This document shows, piece by piece, positions 37,260 to 48,743 of a stretch of 64,000 nt of DNA. Below the pieces are notes generated by a model. The model had not been told where the DNA came from, ran no database searches, and saw only the letters and a list, made by a program, of their open reading frames with translations. Numbering within the stretch: the first letter of the stretch is position 1; every line of letters starts with the position of its first letter. Source of the stretch: Entomortierella parvispora E1425 (taxonomy: Eukaryota > Fungi > Mortierellomycota); NCBI GenBank assembly GCA_020891255.1, contig BQFW01000012.1, forward strand, positions 2,046,001 through 2,110,000, written 5' to 3'. The position numbers and the translations under genes were made by a program.

Positions 37260-38153
37260 AGTTCGATTGCAGGGCATTGTGGCTTCAGCCCATGGCCCGC
37301 AGTGTTAGAGAGACATGTTCCATTAAAACAAATACCCACTCTCAATATACGCACAATGTGGACAACGGCACAGTTTTCTGTGCTCAGGTCATTTAGTGAA
37401 TAAATCAGGTCTGCATGTGTGGGTCCAAATACGCCTCCAAACTGGCGAAAGCTGCACTCATCTTCTGATCCACCGATCTTGATGTGATTCGCAAGGAGCT
37501 TTCTCTCTCTTTCTCTTGCGCCACCCACGGACAAGCTGTCGCATCTCTGCACTTGATTGTAGCAGAAGTCAAAGGAACCCAATCATTTTTATAGATACTT
37601 TCAACGCATCGCAGGCCACCCTATCCCATCATTGTCAAGACGCTCTCTTCTCTTTGCCAGACTCATATGACTTCAAATACAAAAAAAAAAAAAAAAAAAG
37701 GAAAAAAAAAGAGGAAAACCATGACGGTATTCTTTGATGAATCACAAGTTTGGCCTCGCCATCATACAACCAGGTTGCCTGTGGATGCATACCCCAAAGT
37801 GCTGGGATGGCGGTGCGCGAACATGATTTCGTCCACACGTCTGTGAAGAGGGATCGTCAAAACCTGTGGCGCAACAAGGACGACACACGGGCCACATGAT
37901 TTTGGTGCCCCCAGGACCTCATTTTGACAACTGCGCCCAAAATGTAGTTTAGGAGCACTGTGCGTTGCATCCTGAAGACAACAACAGGAAGAGATCAATC
38001 TTTCTGTCAACAAAGTGCAGGCCCTATCCTCTCCTGTATCATCATGTGAGGCTTATAGGTGCTTGTCGATGCCAATCTCGCTGGACCTCTCTTGAACGGG
38101 GTTCCATGAGTGAAAGGTAGATTTAATTGTCTAAATGTCTAGAAGTCTAGATT

Positions 38154-41100
38154 CTATGATTTAAGAACGTAAATACGATCCTCACTCTTTAGAAGAATCC
38201 CTGGCAACGGGTTTGTGAAGATGAAGGAATAAGAATTGTTCAGTTCCACATCGGGGGCACGGTACAATCCAAGAGGGACGATTCCGAATCGAAGTGCAAA
38301 GGCCTGGAAGAGCTTTCCAAAACTTTTGCCCACAAATTCCTCGGGCGTGTGCATCAAACAAATGTTCGAAGAGTCTATTCCCAGCATCTGATCCAGCTCA
38401 ATGGCCTGCTTGAAGCGAACCCCACAACACAGCTTGATCAAGTCCAGGATATGAGTTTTGGAGTAGGCTTGGAAAAGCACATTGTCGAGCAAGGAGCTGA
38501 CCAGGACTTGTCCGCTGGCAAAGATGGGTGTCATGACGAATGTGCTCCCGCTTCCTTGGTTAGAACGAGCCACGATACCGTGATGCGACTTTTCAGAGGC
38601 GAGATTGTTCATGTTCAGGAAGCGAATATTACTTCGCTCAGCTATGGTATTGAAACTGCGGTTAATACGGACCTCATGGAGCGCACCAAAAAAAAAAAAA
38701 GAAAAAAAAAGAGCACCATGACTTACAAATTTCGACAATTATGTGTTGACGACGGAGAAGGTCACGCTGTTTCAAGGTCTGGTAAATCATATGGTGGGCC
38801 ATAATCGCAGTACTGTCTGCAAACTCGTCACGATCCAATCCAGCAGCTCTATGAGCCATCACCACGATGCTGGACGCCCCCAAGATTCCAGCTCGGACAA
38901 GATCCCGTTGATGGCGACAGTTGCCCTAAAAAAAAGAAAAAAAAAGCTAAGAATCCTTCCGCTCGATAGCATAAAAAACACATGTACTCGCCGTTGATCT
39001 TCCATTTGACTTGTTGTTCTTACCGAGACCCAGAACACTCGAGGGAAGGACAGGATCGCATCCCAGCTGCCTCCACTACATCCACCATCTTCAACGTCTA
39101 AAGCGTCGTCACCCTCCAAGTCCAAGATGCCGCTGTCGGACGTAAAAGTCTCCAATGGGTTCCTGGTGAGCACAACGATGGTTTTCAAATCATCCTTGCC
39201 AATTTGCGCCAATCTCAAAGTCGTCAAGAAACGATACAAGTTCTCGCCCGCATTCGCACAGACCACGATATGGTTCATCAAACTCGATAGGTCCTCCTTG
39301 ATCAAAGGCTTAACCGTCTCTGGCGGATTGATCAACAAATGACAGAGGGGCAAATCCTTGGTTTCCGATCTTGTAACTGAAGTTTGGCCAATGTACGTCA
39401 AGTCGTCCAGTGTCTGGAAAGATCCCTGGACAGAACCGCGACTCGGTGGCGTACCTCCTGTAGCGCTACCACGACAGGGTGGGTTGGGTGAGATTGACAC
39501 AACCGGGGGTGCCTGTGTCCCATTTTTAGGAGTATTCGCTTCCAGGAACTCAGAGACAACGGTCCTGGGGATCGGCGCTTGTAAGGGGGATAGTGACGAC
39601 GATGCGCCTCCTTGGACCGCGGAAGTGTCGGGTGTTGTCAAAGACAGGCTGGTGGTGTTATTGTCGTTGCTGGGGCCTAAGATCATTGGCGACCCATGTC
39701 TATGGCTTGGACTTGACTTTAATCCGCTTTGGAGTCGTGCTTCAGCCATCGCAGCAGCGGCTGCATTCCTCTCAAAGTTGGATGGATACAACTCTGAGCT
39801 CTCGAATGCGCTGCTAGAAGACATTGGAGAACCGTGCGCTGCCAGAGGACTCGCTCCTTGTCGACTGCTCCATAATTTCGTCTCAGATAACGGGATCATC
39901 TCTCCGGTTCCTTGAGCCTGCGTGCGAGAAGGTGATTTTGCCAAAGAGCTACTCTGCGACCTTTCTTCACGTTCCAGCGCACCGCCCATCAGCATGTCCT
40001 TGTCGCCCTGGCCTATACCCCACGCCTGCTTTCCTCTTGAGATTGTCCTTTGAATATTCTTCTGACTCTGGCCACTCAGGCGGCTTCGATTGCTCTGACC
40101 CGACTTGATCCTTTGTAAGCTGCTGCTGTCGCTCAACGAGTCGTCGTCATCGTCGTCATAAAGCGCCACATTCCAAGCGGGGCGTGCCTTCTTGGGAGCA
40201 TGGTGCTTCATTCGGAAGCTGCTGGATCTAGATCCCATATTATGGGAAGATTGAGAGCCCTGGTAGTCCTGTTCGTTCCATCTATCGTTGGAGAGCAAGG
40301 TTTCCATTCCATGGGTTCCAGATGCAATGCTGTTGTGGATGTTGTGGATGTTGTGAACGTCGTTATTTTTGTCGAAATGGCTCGAATTGTGCGTAGTAGG
40401 CACCTTTAAAAACGAACCAGTAGAGCCAGTAGCAGCATCTTGGCCTGTACGAGGCTTCTTGTCCTTCCTGTGCTCAGCGCGTCTCCTAGCTGCCGCCCTA
40501 GCAGCAGCTCTCGATTCCCGAAGAGTATTGTACATATCCATGGCGGCGGCGAAATCCAGCCGTGATTCATTCAGATTTCCTTTCTCATCATTTAAAATCT
40601 TTTCGTATTGTTCGATTGTGAAATCCTCAATGGTGTCGACATCGGTGGGTGATTGAGCGATATAGATCAGCTGGTCGAATTTCCCAAGTTGATAACTGTT
40701 GCCGGGATTGAGGGTGAGGTGATATTGTCCGGCGGGACACTTTTCCTCCGCATCATACAGTCCTCGGAAAGCGGAAGAAGACCTCGATTTTGTGCGATGA
40801 AGATCGTGTGAGGCGCGGCAATAAGATCCATCCCCTTGTCGATCCGCGAAAGCGTTCTCGGCTCTCAAAAAGATGTCCACGCCAATGAGGATGCATTGAA
40901 ACTCTTGAAAGATAAACCAGGCCGCTTGAGCAAACGTCCAGCCAATAAAGACATCGGCTATTGGACCGACATAGAGTTCATTACCAGTGCCATCTCCGTA
41001 TTGTGCTTGCCATCCATCTTCGTAGCTGTTGGCGGGCTCAGAAGGATGCAGGAGGTTGAGAATCAGAGTGGCAGTACCGCGATGTCGACAGTTGTACGCC

Positions 41101-43434
41101 AAGAGGAGTTGTTTCACGTCGGCGATACACATCGATTGCTCCACAACTCCCCATTGAAAGGTCTCGGTCTCTGGTAAAAGGTTAAAAGTGAAGATTCGAG
41201 TACAGGGAGCATAGATGTGAAGAGACCAGGCAAGAAGTGTAGTCATAGTATCTTGGGATTCAAGATCCGAGGCAGGTCGATCTGAAAAAAAAAGGCAAAC
41301 GTGGTTGGTTAGAAAGTGTTTTGCGAACCCAGTATAGAGCTGTCTAGAGAGTGATGGTGACTGTACCAGGGATAATGAAAACTCCGGCTGCATCTCGAGC
41401 CTGGCATCGCTTCAAATCAATCTCATCCAGTCCATTTCCGACCAGCATTGTCACTCTGCTTTTGTGCGTGGGCATTTCCAAAAGCGTCTTGACATCCTTG
41501 GAGGGTTTGTTCCTGGACAAGAACACGACACGCACATCCGTGTCTGAGAACTCCTTGTTGAAGAATCCACTCAACATGTCGGCGACACGTTTCGAACTTT
41601 GGAAATCTCCAATCATGACCAAGTACTCTTTCGCCACGCCGTTCGCTCCTCTGCTTTGGATATAGGATCCTCCCCCGGATCTCGCAGATTTCAATGCATC
41701 GATCATTCCAGCAATCAAGCCTGGCACCACCGAGAGCGCCACAATAATGAAGACCATGACCACGACCTTGGCTTCCACAGACGTTGGCGTGATATCTCCA
41801 TATCCGACTGTGGAAGCCGTAATCAGAATAAAGTAGAATGCATTCAAGATGGTGTGGGGTGGGTAGTCGGTCGTTGAAAAATTAGCTTCGCAGTACAGGA
41901 ATGCGGCCATGCCATTGTAGATAATCGCGGCAAAGTACGCCACCAATGCAATCAGCTTGGCCTTGACAGGATCAAAAGGTTGGTCTATGGACATCAACAT
42001 AGCCGAGTCAGTTGTAATTCCCTCGTTAACTTTGTTGCTATTTCTGCCTCTTCATCAAAGGGAAAATAGAGCTTACCTGATATTCCAATGTCCACGCCAA
42101 TGCTCAGTGCTCGTTGTAAACGTGAAATGACACTCCAACTCCGAAGGAAATAAGGAACATAAATGTACTGGCCATTGGGCAAGAATGCTCCCGATATCAG
42201 AAAGGGCAGAGCAGTGACCGCGTCCAGCAGGGTCTGCATCGAAAAAATAAACCGCCACCTAAATGGATTTAGAAGAGAAATGACGATCGTTAGCCGAACC
42301 TTCTCCTTCTGGTGGGCCCTTTTCTCAAATTGACTGTTTCTTTCAAGTGAATGAGGATAGTGACCATGGTCCCATCACGGGGAACAACATGAACAATAAA
42401 AAAAAACCACATCGTCATCCTGTCTTTTCGGGCACTTTTGTCAAACCGTACTTGTTGTCTGCAAAGATGAAGCGAATCAGCGCCGACATGAGATTCCAAC
42501 TACTCATAGCCACAGCAATCAACCAGATCGATCTCGGTCGAGGAACAAAGAGCCACTTGGGGTTCGGGTAATCTGAGTTGTCTTTGGAGGAGAGATACTG
42601 AGCCTCGACCAGGTACAACACACAAAATAGGACGTCAACCACCAAGTCCATCATGATCTAAAACATACAAGGTCGGGCATTCTTTAGTTTTTTTAGTCCG
42701 AAACGGAGGCTGAACTCCCTGTGTTGTGTTAATTTCAGGTGCGCACGACTTTACAAAAAAGATGACCCGGGCCTTGGAGTTGAGCAGGGCCATAGCTCGT
42801 GCCTTGTAAAGATCATAATCCAAACTGAGCCGGATCGAGCTCACGACGTTGCGAAGGTCGCTTTTTCGCTTTTCAGCATAATGAAGGCGAAGAGTAGATC
42901 GGACACTGTTATATGATGTATCTTTGCTTTTGGTGAGCAATCGAATGGCACCATTCTTGCGCATCTTTCTGGCTTCCTGGACCTCTACCATACTAAAAAA
43001 CAATCGATACCAAGGGAGGCGAAATCAGATCCATCGTTTCTCTCTTCTATCGTTATCTATCTGATCGTAACGAATCAGATCCTTCTTTACGTGTTGTCAA
43101 GCGAGTCCCAGATGAATCCCTGAGACTGACTCCTACGGATATTATGCAAACGTTGGGTCCAGGTAGGGGATGCATGGGGCAGAGTGTCAAAGTCTTGGCT
43201 GTTGGATCGACTGTGGAGGGTGCCAAACCTCGAGAGCTGGGTGGAAGCACGCCTTGACCATGATACAGGTCGAGTTGGTGGCGGGGGCTGTGCTGGTGCT
43301 GGTGCTGATTGGGCTATGGCGTCGTTCGAGAGATGCGGTGGCGGTTGGAGGTTGTCTTGGTTCTGGATGGAGTGCTGCTGTTGCTGTTGGTATGAAGGAG
43401 GTGGTGGCGCCAGCGTTTGTGTTGAGGAAGACAT
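38154..43434 (-). CDS. Slo-family (Slo2/KCNT-like) 6-TM potassium channel with two RCK domains
   Basis: Exons 43434-43091, 42992-42755, 42657-42452, 42258-42077, 41984-41367, 41281-39024, 38925-38727, 38641-38154, phases consistent. Pore AFYFILITASTVGYGDITP, S4-like YFLRSWSVISRLQRAL, RCK1 (YLVMIGD; LVGNGLDEIDLKRCQARDAAGVFI), RCK2 (HIVVC; VFWVSGNCRHQRDLVRAGI; PIFASGQVL; PLGLYR). Confidence 0.92.
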
Positions 43435-43973
43435 GGTCGAGAAGAGTGCGACACAAAGACGCTAAAATAGGAATGAAAGAAAGACAATGGCAGAGACGGA
43501 GAAAGAATGAGAGGAGTAAGAAAAGGAAAGATCAGCAATGCAGGAAAGAAGAGAGGGAATGAGTGAATGAGTCAATGAGTGAATGAATGAATGAATGGAG
43601 AAGAAGGAGGGAAGGAGGGCGGGCAGCAAGGGAGCAGGGCACACACGCGAAGGTGACGATCCTTCGGGTGATTGGGTGATAAGCAGGTGGCCGTCGCGTG
43701 GGAGGAGGGAGGCAAAGGAGAAAAAGAGTGACAAGGGATCAAAAAGAGCACGGTCTCCCGGGGAAGGACGTTCGTTTCTGTCCTCTTTCTCTCTCGTCCT
43801 CTCTTTATCTTTTGTCTGCTGCAGCAACAAACAACAATGGGGCTTGACAGGGATCTTCGCTGCTTCGCTTTCTCTCCCTCTCAACTCTCTCTGCGGACTA
43901 CAGATTTGTCTTCGGTGTTTCGTTCGCTCCAAATTGGTTTCAGGACGTGAATCATCATCCCAGTTCATTCTGA

Positions 43974-44789
43974 CTATAGACCAACGGTGATCGTTGCAGC
44001 CTTTTTTTTTTTTTTTTCTTCTTCTTCCCAGGACGAGGGGGAACATCGACGATCTTTTTTTATGGTGCTTGAGAATGCAGTGAGGAGGGACAAGGGTCCA
44101 TCTCGACTCCTACACTTGCACGTATAAGGGTCAGTTGACCCAGGGACCTGCTGCAGGTCCTCATCGTGCTGATGCTTAACCTCGCTCTTATAACGACTTG
44201 CCACCCATCCGCACAGGGACATGACCAGCACCTGAATCGTCAACACGATCCCACCCGTTATCAACACTGTTCTATAGCACGACTCCACGTCGTCGCTCTA
44301 CTGGCTTGCACTCACGTCCCTACCAGAGTTGTAATTGTCTGTCGACAGTAAATCTTGTTGACAGACCGATCAGATGTAATTTTTAGACGAAACCCCTACA
44401 AAGACCGGGTTGCAAATCGCCACCAGAGTCACTGCGATCGTCACAACCCACACAGGGTTGAAAAGTTCTTGGCCAGACTGTACGTCTTGAAAATCCCAGG
44501 ATCCCATAGACGTCGAGGCGTAGGCTGTGATCTTGGAGGACAGGTCTTCGAGTTGTCAATTGATCCAATGACGAAAAGACACAAAGGACAAAGGGTGGCC
44601 AAACCGATAAGTTAATAGAGTGACCAGAAGTAGCGGGTCTCCATGCCTTGAAAATGATGAAGCAAGACTTGCCATCTTTGCTGGAGTAGATTCCATTCCA
44701 CAAGCTGAGCGCACCGAGTGCAGTTGCGATGACAGAAATGATGAAAACAGGGAACCGCAATGGAATGCAAAAGCAGCAGTAGTCGCCAT
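43974..44789 (-). pseudogene. Disrupted tandem paralog of the adjacent 4-TM gene
   Basis: Homologous blocks YCCFCIPLRFPVFIISVIATALGALSLW; GIFKTYSLAKNFSTL; WVVTIAVTLVAICNPVF; SVCQQDL; DDVESCYRTVLITGGIVLTIQVLVMSLCGWVASRYKSEVKH. These lie in shifting frames. The ATG at 44789 is out of frame, and there are in-frame stops TGA 44372-44370 and TAG 44300-44298. Confidence 0.7.
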
Positions 44790-45403
44790 AGTATTATTAA
44801 GACTGAAAATGTATTTTTTTTTTATGGCTGTTACCGGTATTAAATAAACTGGACTGAAGCAGTAGGGATGCACATCACCTTCATCGAAACAACAATAAAG
44901 TTGATAGAGAGAGCATCATGAAGTCTTTGGGGTTTACACATTTTCTTGCGCATGGTCTTCTGTGAGACAACATCGGTGTACATCTCGTGCGCATCTGTGG
45001 CGGGAGCCATTTTCTTCCCATTTAAGGCTCCATGCTGCAGGCACAACCGCAAGGGATGAGAGCAGTGCATCATCAAACACCGCCACATGCAGGTATGGGG
45101 GGCTGAGGGCGGAGACTTTTTACAGGCAATAGTCCACAAACGCTTCAAGAACACAAGAACCAATGTAGGCTGAGGGAGATTTTTTTTTTTTTTTTTTTTT
45201 TTTGAGCAATTGTCATGCAACAGGTATATAGGTCCTAGCTGCAAGTATTAGGGATTCATATCAAAGTAAATCAGGTAAGGTATGGTGCGACATGGTGCGG
45301 AGCGTTCGGTTGATATTAGATAAGGTGTGTGCGCATCGACAACGTCCAAAGGGGACCAACGTAGACGCCAAAGAAGCATGCGTCCCCGGTATTCGTATCT
45401 CCT

Positions 45404-46074
45404 TTAGACTTCGCCGTCATCTACGGCCTTCAAAGCAGCATCGATGGCGGCGTCCTGTTCGACCTCGGTCAGGAACCTTTGGTTGACCCATCCAATCAAG
45501 ACCATGATCACGAATTGGAGTCCCAACACCACGGCCGATACAATCACGGAGGTCCTGTAGCAATTGTTCACCATGTCGTCAGTGACCACGTTCCCATTCA
45601 AAGGTGCCAGGTCCTTGATGCACTCTTGTTCAATGGCCTCCTTGTCATTCTTGATAATCAGATAGAGACTACCGATCGAGAGTGCCAGGACTGCAAACGT
45701 CAAGGCCCACCAAAGCGTCGCATACACCCGAGTGATCGTTACGGATTTTGTCAAAGCGGCGAAAAGTCCAAGAACTGCAATAAGGATCTGAAGTGCGCAG
45801 CTCACAAAGATCACAGTCGTTGCGGTGCTATCGTCTATGTATACAAGGCACGAAAGATAATGAGTTAGTCGTTGGTACTGAGCAGGAATGAGACTTGTCC
45901 GCTTAATAGAGGAAGGTAATCCGAGAAAAAAAACGAACCAGTGTTGTTGGCGGAATATTTCTGATAAGTTGAAGCGCCAGTGAGAATCAGGTAGATGAAG
46001 CAAATAGCCGTAACAGCCGATCGTAACCGAATGCAACAGCAGCACAGATCTCTATCCTTGGTATCAGTGGCCAT
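45404..46074 (-). CDS. Four-TM tetraspanin/LAPTM-like membrane protein (188 aa)
   Basis: Exons 46074-45939 and 45834-45404. N-terminal CCCCIRLR palmitoylation-like cluster, four hydrophobic segments, and a Cys pair (ECIKDL...NNCYR) in the loop before TM4. Confidence 0.8.
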
Positions 46075-46688
46075 GGCGAGCTTTTGTTGAGGTTGTTCGT
46101 TTCAAATAAAATGGGGAACACTGCGATCGAAAGTAGTGGGTCGTAAAAGGTGGGCTGGTCAACTGAAGGAGAAGAGGTCTATGAATTGGTGGTGGTCGGG
46201 AGCAACAGAGAGTTCCGAAGGTTGTCTCTTTGCTTGCTTTTTATGGCTGGTCAAAAGGGTGGCATGAGGGACGTCGAAGAAAGGGGCTAAGGCCCACCAC
46301 CGTTGATCTGTTCACGACATAAACACAACAACAAGACAACGATCTGATGATCAAGGGGGAAAAGGGTGCAACCAGGGGGATTGAGAATGGGTCAGGGCTC
46401 CTTTCGTGTCGCTGCATTTGTGCGCGTGGAGGACGAAAATGTGAGGTGTGATCTGTGCCCCTATCCATCCATCCCTGTAACTTTAAAGCACTTTGGCGCT
46501 TGCCACCTTCACTTTTGACGTTTGAGTGCTGTTCCTTGCTTTTTTTTTTCTATTTATTATAGCTGTATTGTACATGGTTGATCCTATTGAGAAACTAGCC
46601 TAGGAGTCCTATATGCCCACAATGGGTTAGATTCTCTTCAGAATACTACACTGCCATTTTGAGTCACGGTGTCCGAGTACTGTCAGCA

Positions 46689-47976
46689 CTACATGTCGTG
46701 TCGTCCTTGAGGGCACCTATTGGCGTAATGCCCTTTTTGTTGACACTAGATTAAAAAAAAACAAGGACGGTGAGCAACTGATCACAACGGCTGCACAAAC
46801 ATTATTAGGAGTAGAGGTCCTTCATACCTTGAAGCAAGTAACGTCCTCAACGTTCCTGTATGTTGGCACGTCGCCGTCTCCACGAGGGACTTGTGGCTAT
46901 AGAGATATTGGAGTTTTTGGTGTTAATAGACCACTCGTTAATGTTCTCAACGTCCAGCTGGTCGATGAAATCGTATTAGCTGTTGTGGATATTCTCCTTA
47001 CCTCTCCTCGGTCTCCACTGCGGTCCTGTGGCATTGGTCGAGCTCCGGTTCCGTCATCCCAGTTTGGTGGCGGCAACTCGTATTTGGGACTAAGAGCGGT
47101 GAAGATGTAGTTCGAAAAATGTCTTGTAAGGGCTATCATCACAATATTCCTGCAATCCTCCAAGCTATGCAACTTACTGTCCGTTCGGGCAATTGGGTCC
47201 TTGTGGACACCATCCTGTGACGTAGTTTTGACAGATCACTTTTCGAGTATGTTTGTGCCTGCAGTTCGGTCCATGCTTGCAGAATCCTCTTGCGTACCAT
47301 GGACAATCCTTGATCTTGCTCTCAGGGTCGATGTGAAGATACTAGTATCCATGAAATGCAATATAGACCGTGTTAGAGTCGTCCATATTTGCCAGGCAGT
47401 CTATCCTCATCCGATCTGTTGAGCCGAAAACTTACGATACATTCCGCGCCGTTGTTACACTCTCCGAATTTGCTGTAGAACCAACACTCTGGCATCTTTC
47501 TGAGGTTGTATTCGTGCAAGAACTCGCAGTTGTCGCCCTTCTTGCACAGTCCACGAAGCCAATGTTTACAGACGACCGCTTTTGAAGGGTCTGTCCTGAC
47601 ATGCCGGAACTGACAGTTGTTTCCTTTTGAGCAGTGTCCTTTGAGGAAGAATCTGCAAATATTATCTCCAGTTTCTGTACAACAAGAATGAAAAAGGGGG
47701 GTTAGAACGCATCCTCTCGAAGCATCGTAACATGGAGTAACGCCACCAGCCCCTTTCCCATATGGTCGTCAAAAATCTCGTGTTGTCATGTTGGCATGGG
47801 AGGCTAGGACTAGGGTGATGGTGAACATGTGAGCTTTTTATTGGTAAATTACCTCCATTCTTCTTCGCGCTAGAGATGATATCGAGGCCCATCTCATTTT
47901 TGACATATTCTTCAAAGTCAAACGAATACTCCTGGAAGTCGATTTCCGAGGGGAGGATCGAGTATGCCATCGTCAT
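46689..47976 (-). CDS. YTH1: mRNA 3'-processing factor Yth1/CPSF30 (5 CCCH fingers plus CCHC zinc knuckle)
   Basis: Exons 47976-47853, 47674-47436, 47341-47178, 47089-47002, 46896-46828, 46745-46689. ICRFFLKGHCSKGNNCQFRH, VVCKHWLRGLCKKGDNCEFLHEYNLRKMPECWFY, DCPWYARGFCKHGPNCRHKH, knuckle DVTCFK|CQQKGHYANRCP. Confidence 0.95.
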
Positions 47977-48296
47977 GGTGGGCGGAAATGAGGGTATAAA
48001 AATTGAAATCAGTCAATCAGAGCAAGCGAATCGGGTCGGTCCTGAGATGTGCTGTCCGAGTAAGTTCCAAGTAAAGCAAGGGGGCAGGAGAAGGAGAGAA
48101 GGAGAGAAGGAGAAGAAAGAGTGAATGCAAAGAAAGGAGAAAGAAACACGAAGAAGCATGCATGTTTCGAGAGTGGCTTAGTCATCCGCGAAAGGGAAGG
48201 CGAGGAAAGAAGGGCACACGTGACCCACGCAGCACCGCCTCACAAACGAACCCCGAAAGGGCGATTTGCCAGGCAAACAGCCCAAACAGCGACCCC

Positions 48297-48347
48297 CTGT
48301 CTGTCTGTCTGTCTGTCTGTTCTGTCTGTTCTGTCTGTCTGTCTGTC
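48297..48347. repeat. (CTGT)n microsatellite
   Basis: CTGTCTGTCTGTCTGTCTGTCTGTTCTGTCTGTTCTGTCTGTCTGTCTGTC between the divergent YTH1 and NCLX-like genes. Confidence 0.9.
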
Positions 48348-48526
48348 CTTCTCCTCGTCGTTTCGCTCGTTTCCCTGGAGTATCTCGACTGGCATTATTG
48401 TATTGTTGTTGTCGAACGGCCGTTCTGTTGGAAACCCTGTTCTCTGTTTTCTCTCTCTCGTTCTCTCTTTCTCTCTCTTTCTCTTTGGAGAGCGCGCCCA
48501 CTCCCGACACATGCTCGTCATTCTTT

Positions 48527-48560
48527 ATTCATTCATTCATTCATTCATTCATTCATTCAT
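48527..48560. repeat. (ATTC)n microsatellite
   Basis: ATTCATTCATTCATTCATTCATTCATTCATTCAT in the leader of the exchanger gene. Confidence 0.9.
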
Positions 48561-48743
48561 TGTCGTCCCTTCATTCATCTCCGCTTGCAACTGTCCCCCT
48601 TTGTCCGTCTCTGCCCCTTCTCGCGCGCACTCTTACTCACTCTCTCTCTCTCTTCCCCTTGTTGCACATCCCTCTCTTCTCCCTTCATCCCCTTCATCCC
48701 CTTCATCCCTCCATTCCCACACCTCCACACCATTTTCTTCTTG

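Noticed and set aside
44298-44372. Stops in the pseudogene as A-to-I editing targets or readthrough sites
   Set aside because: Accompanying frameshifts could not be repaired that way, and mRNA A-to-I stop repair is known from Sordariomycetes, not this apparent lineage.
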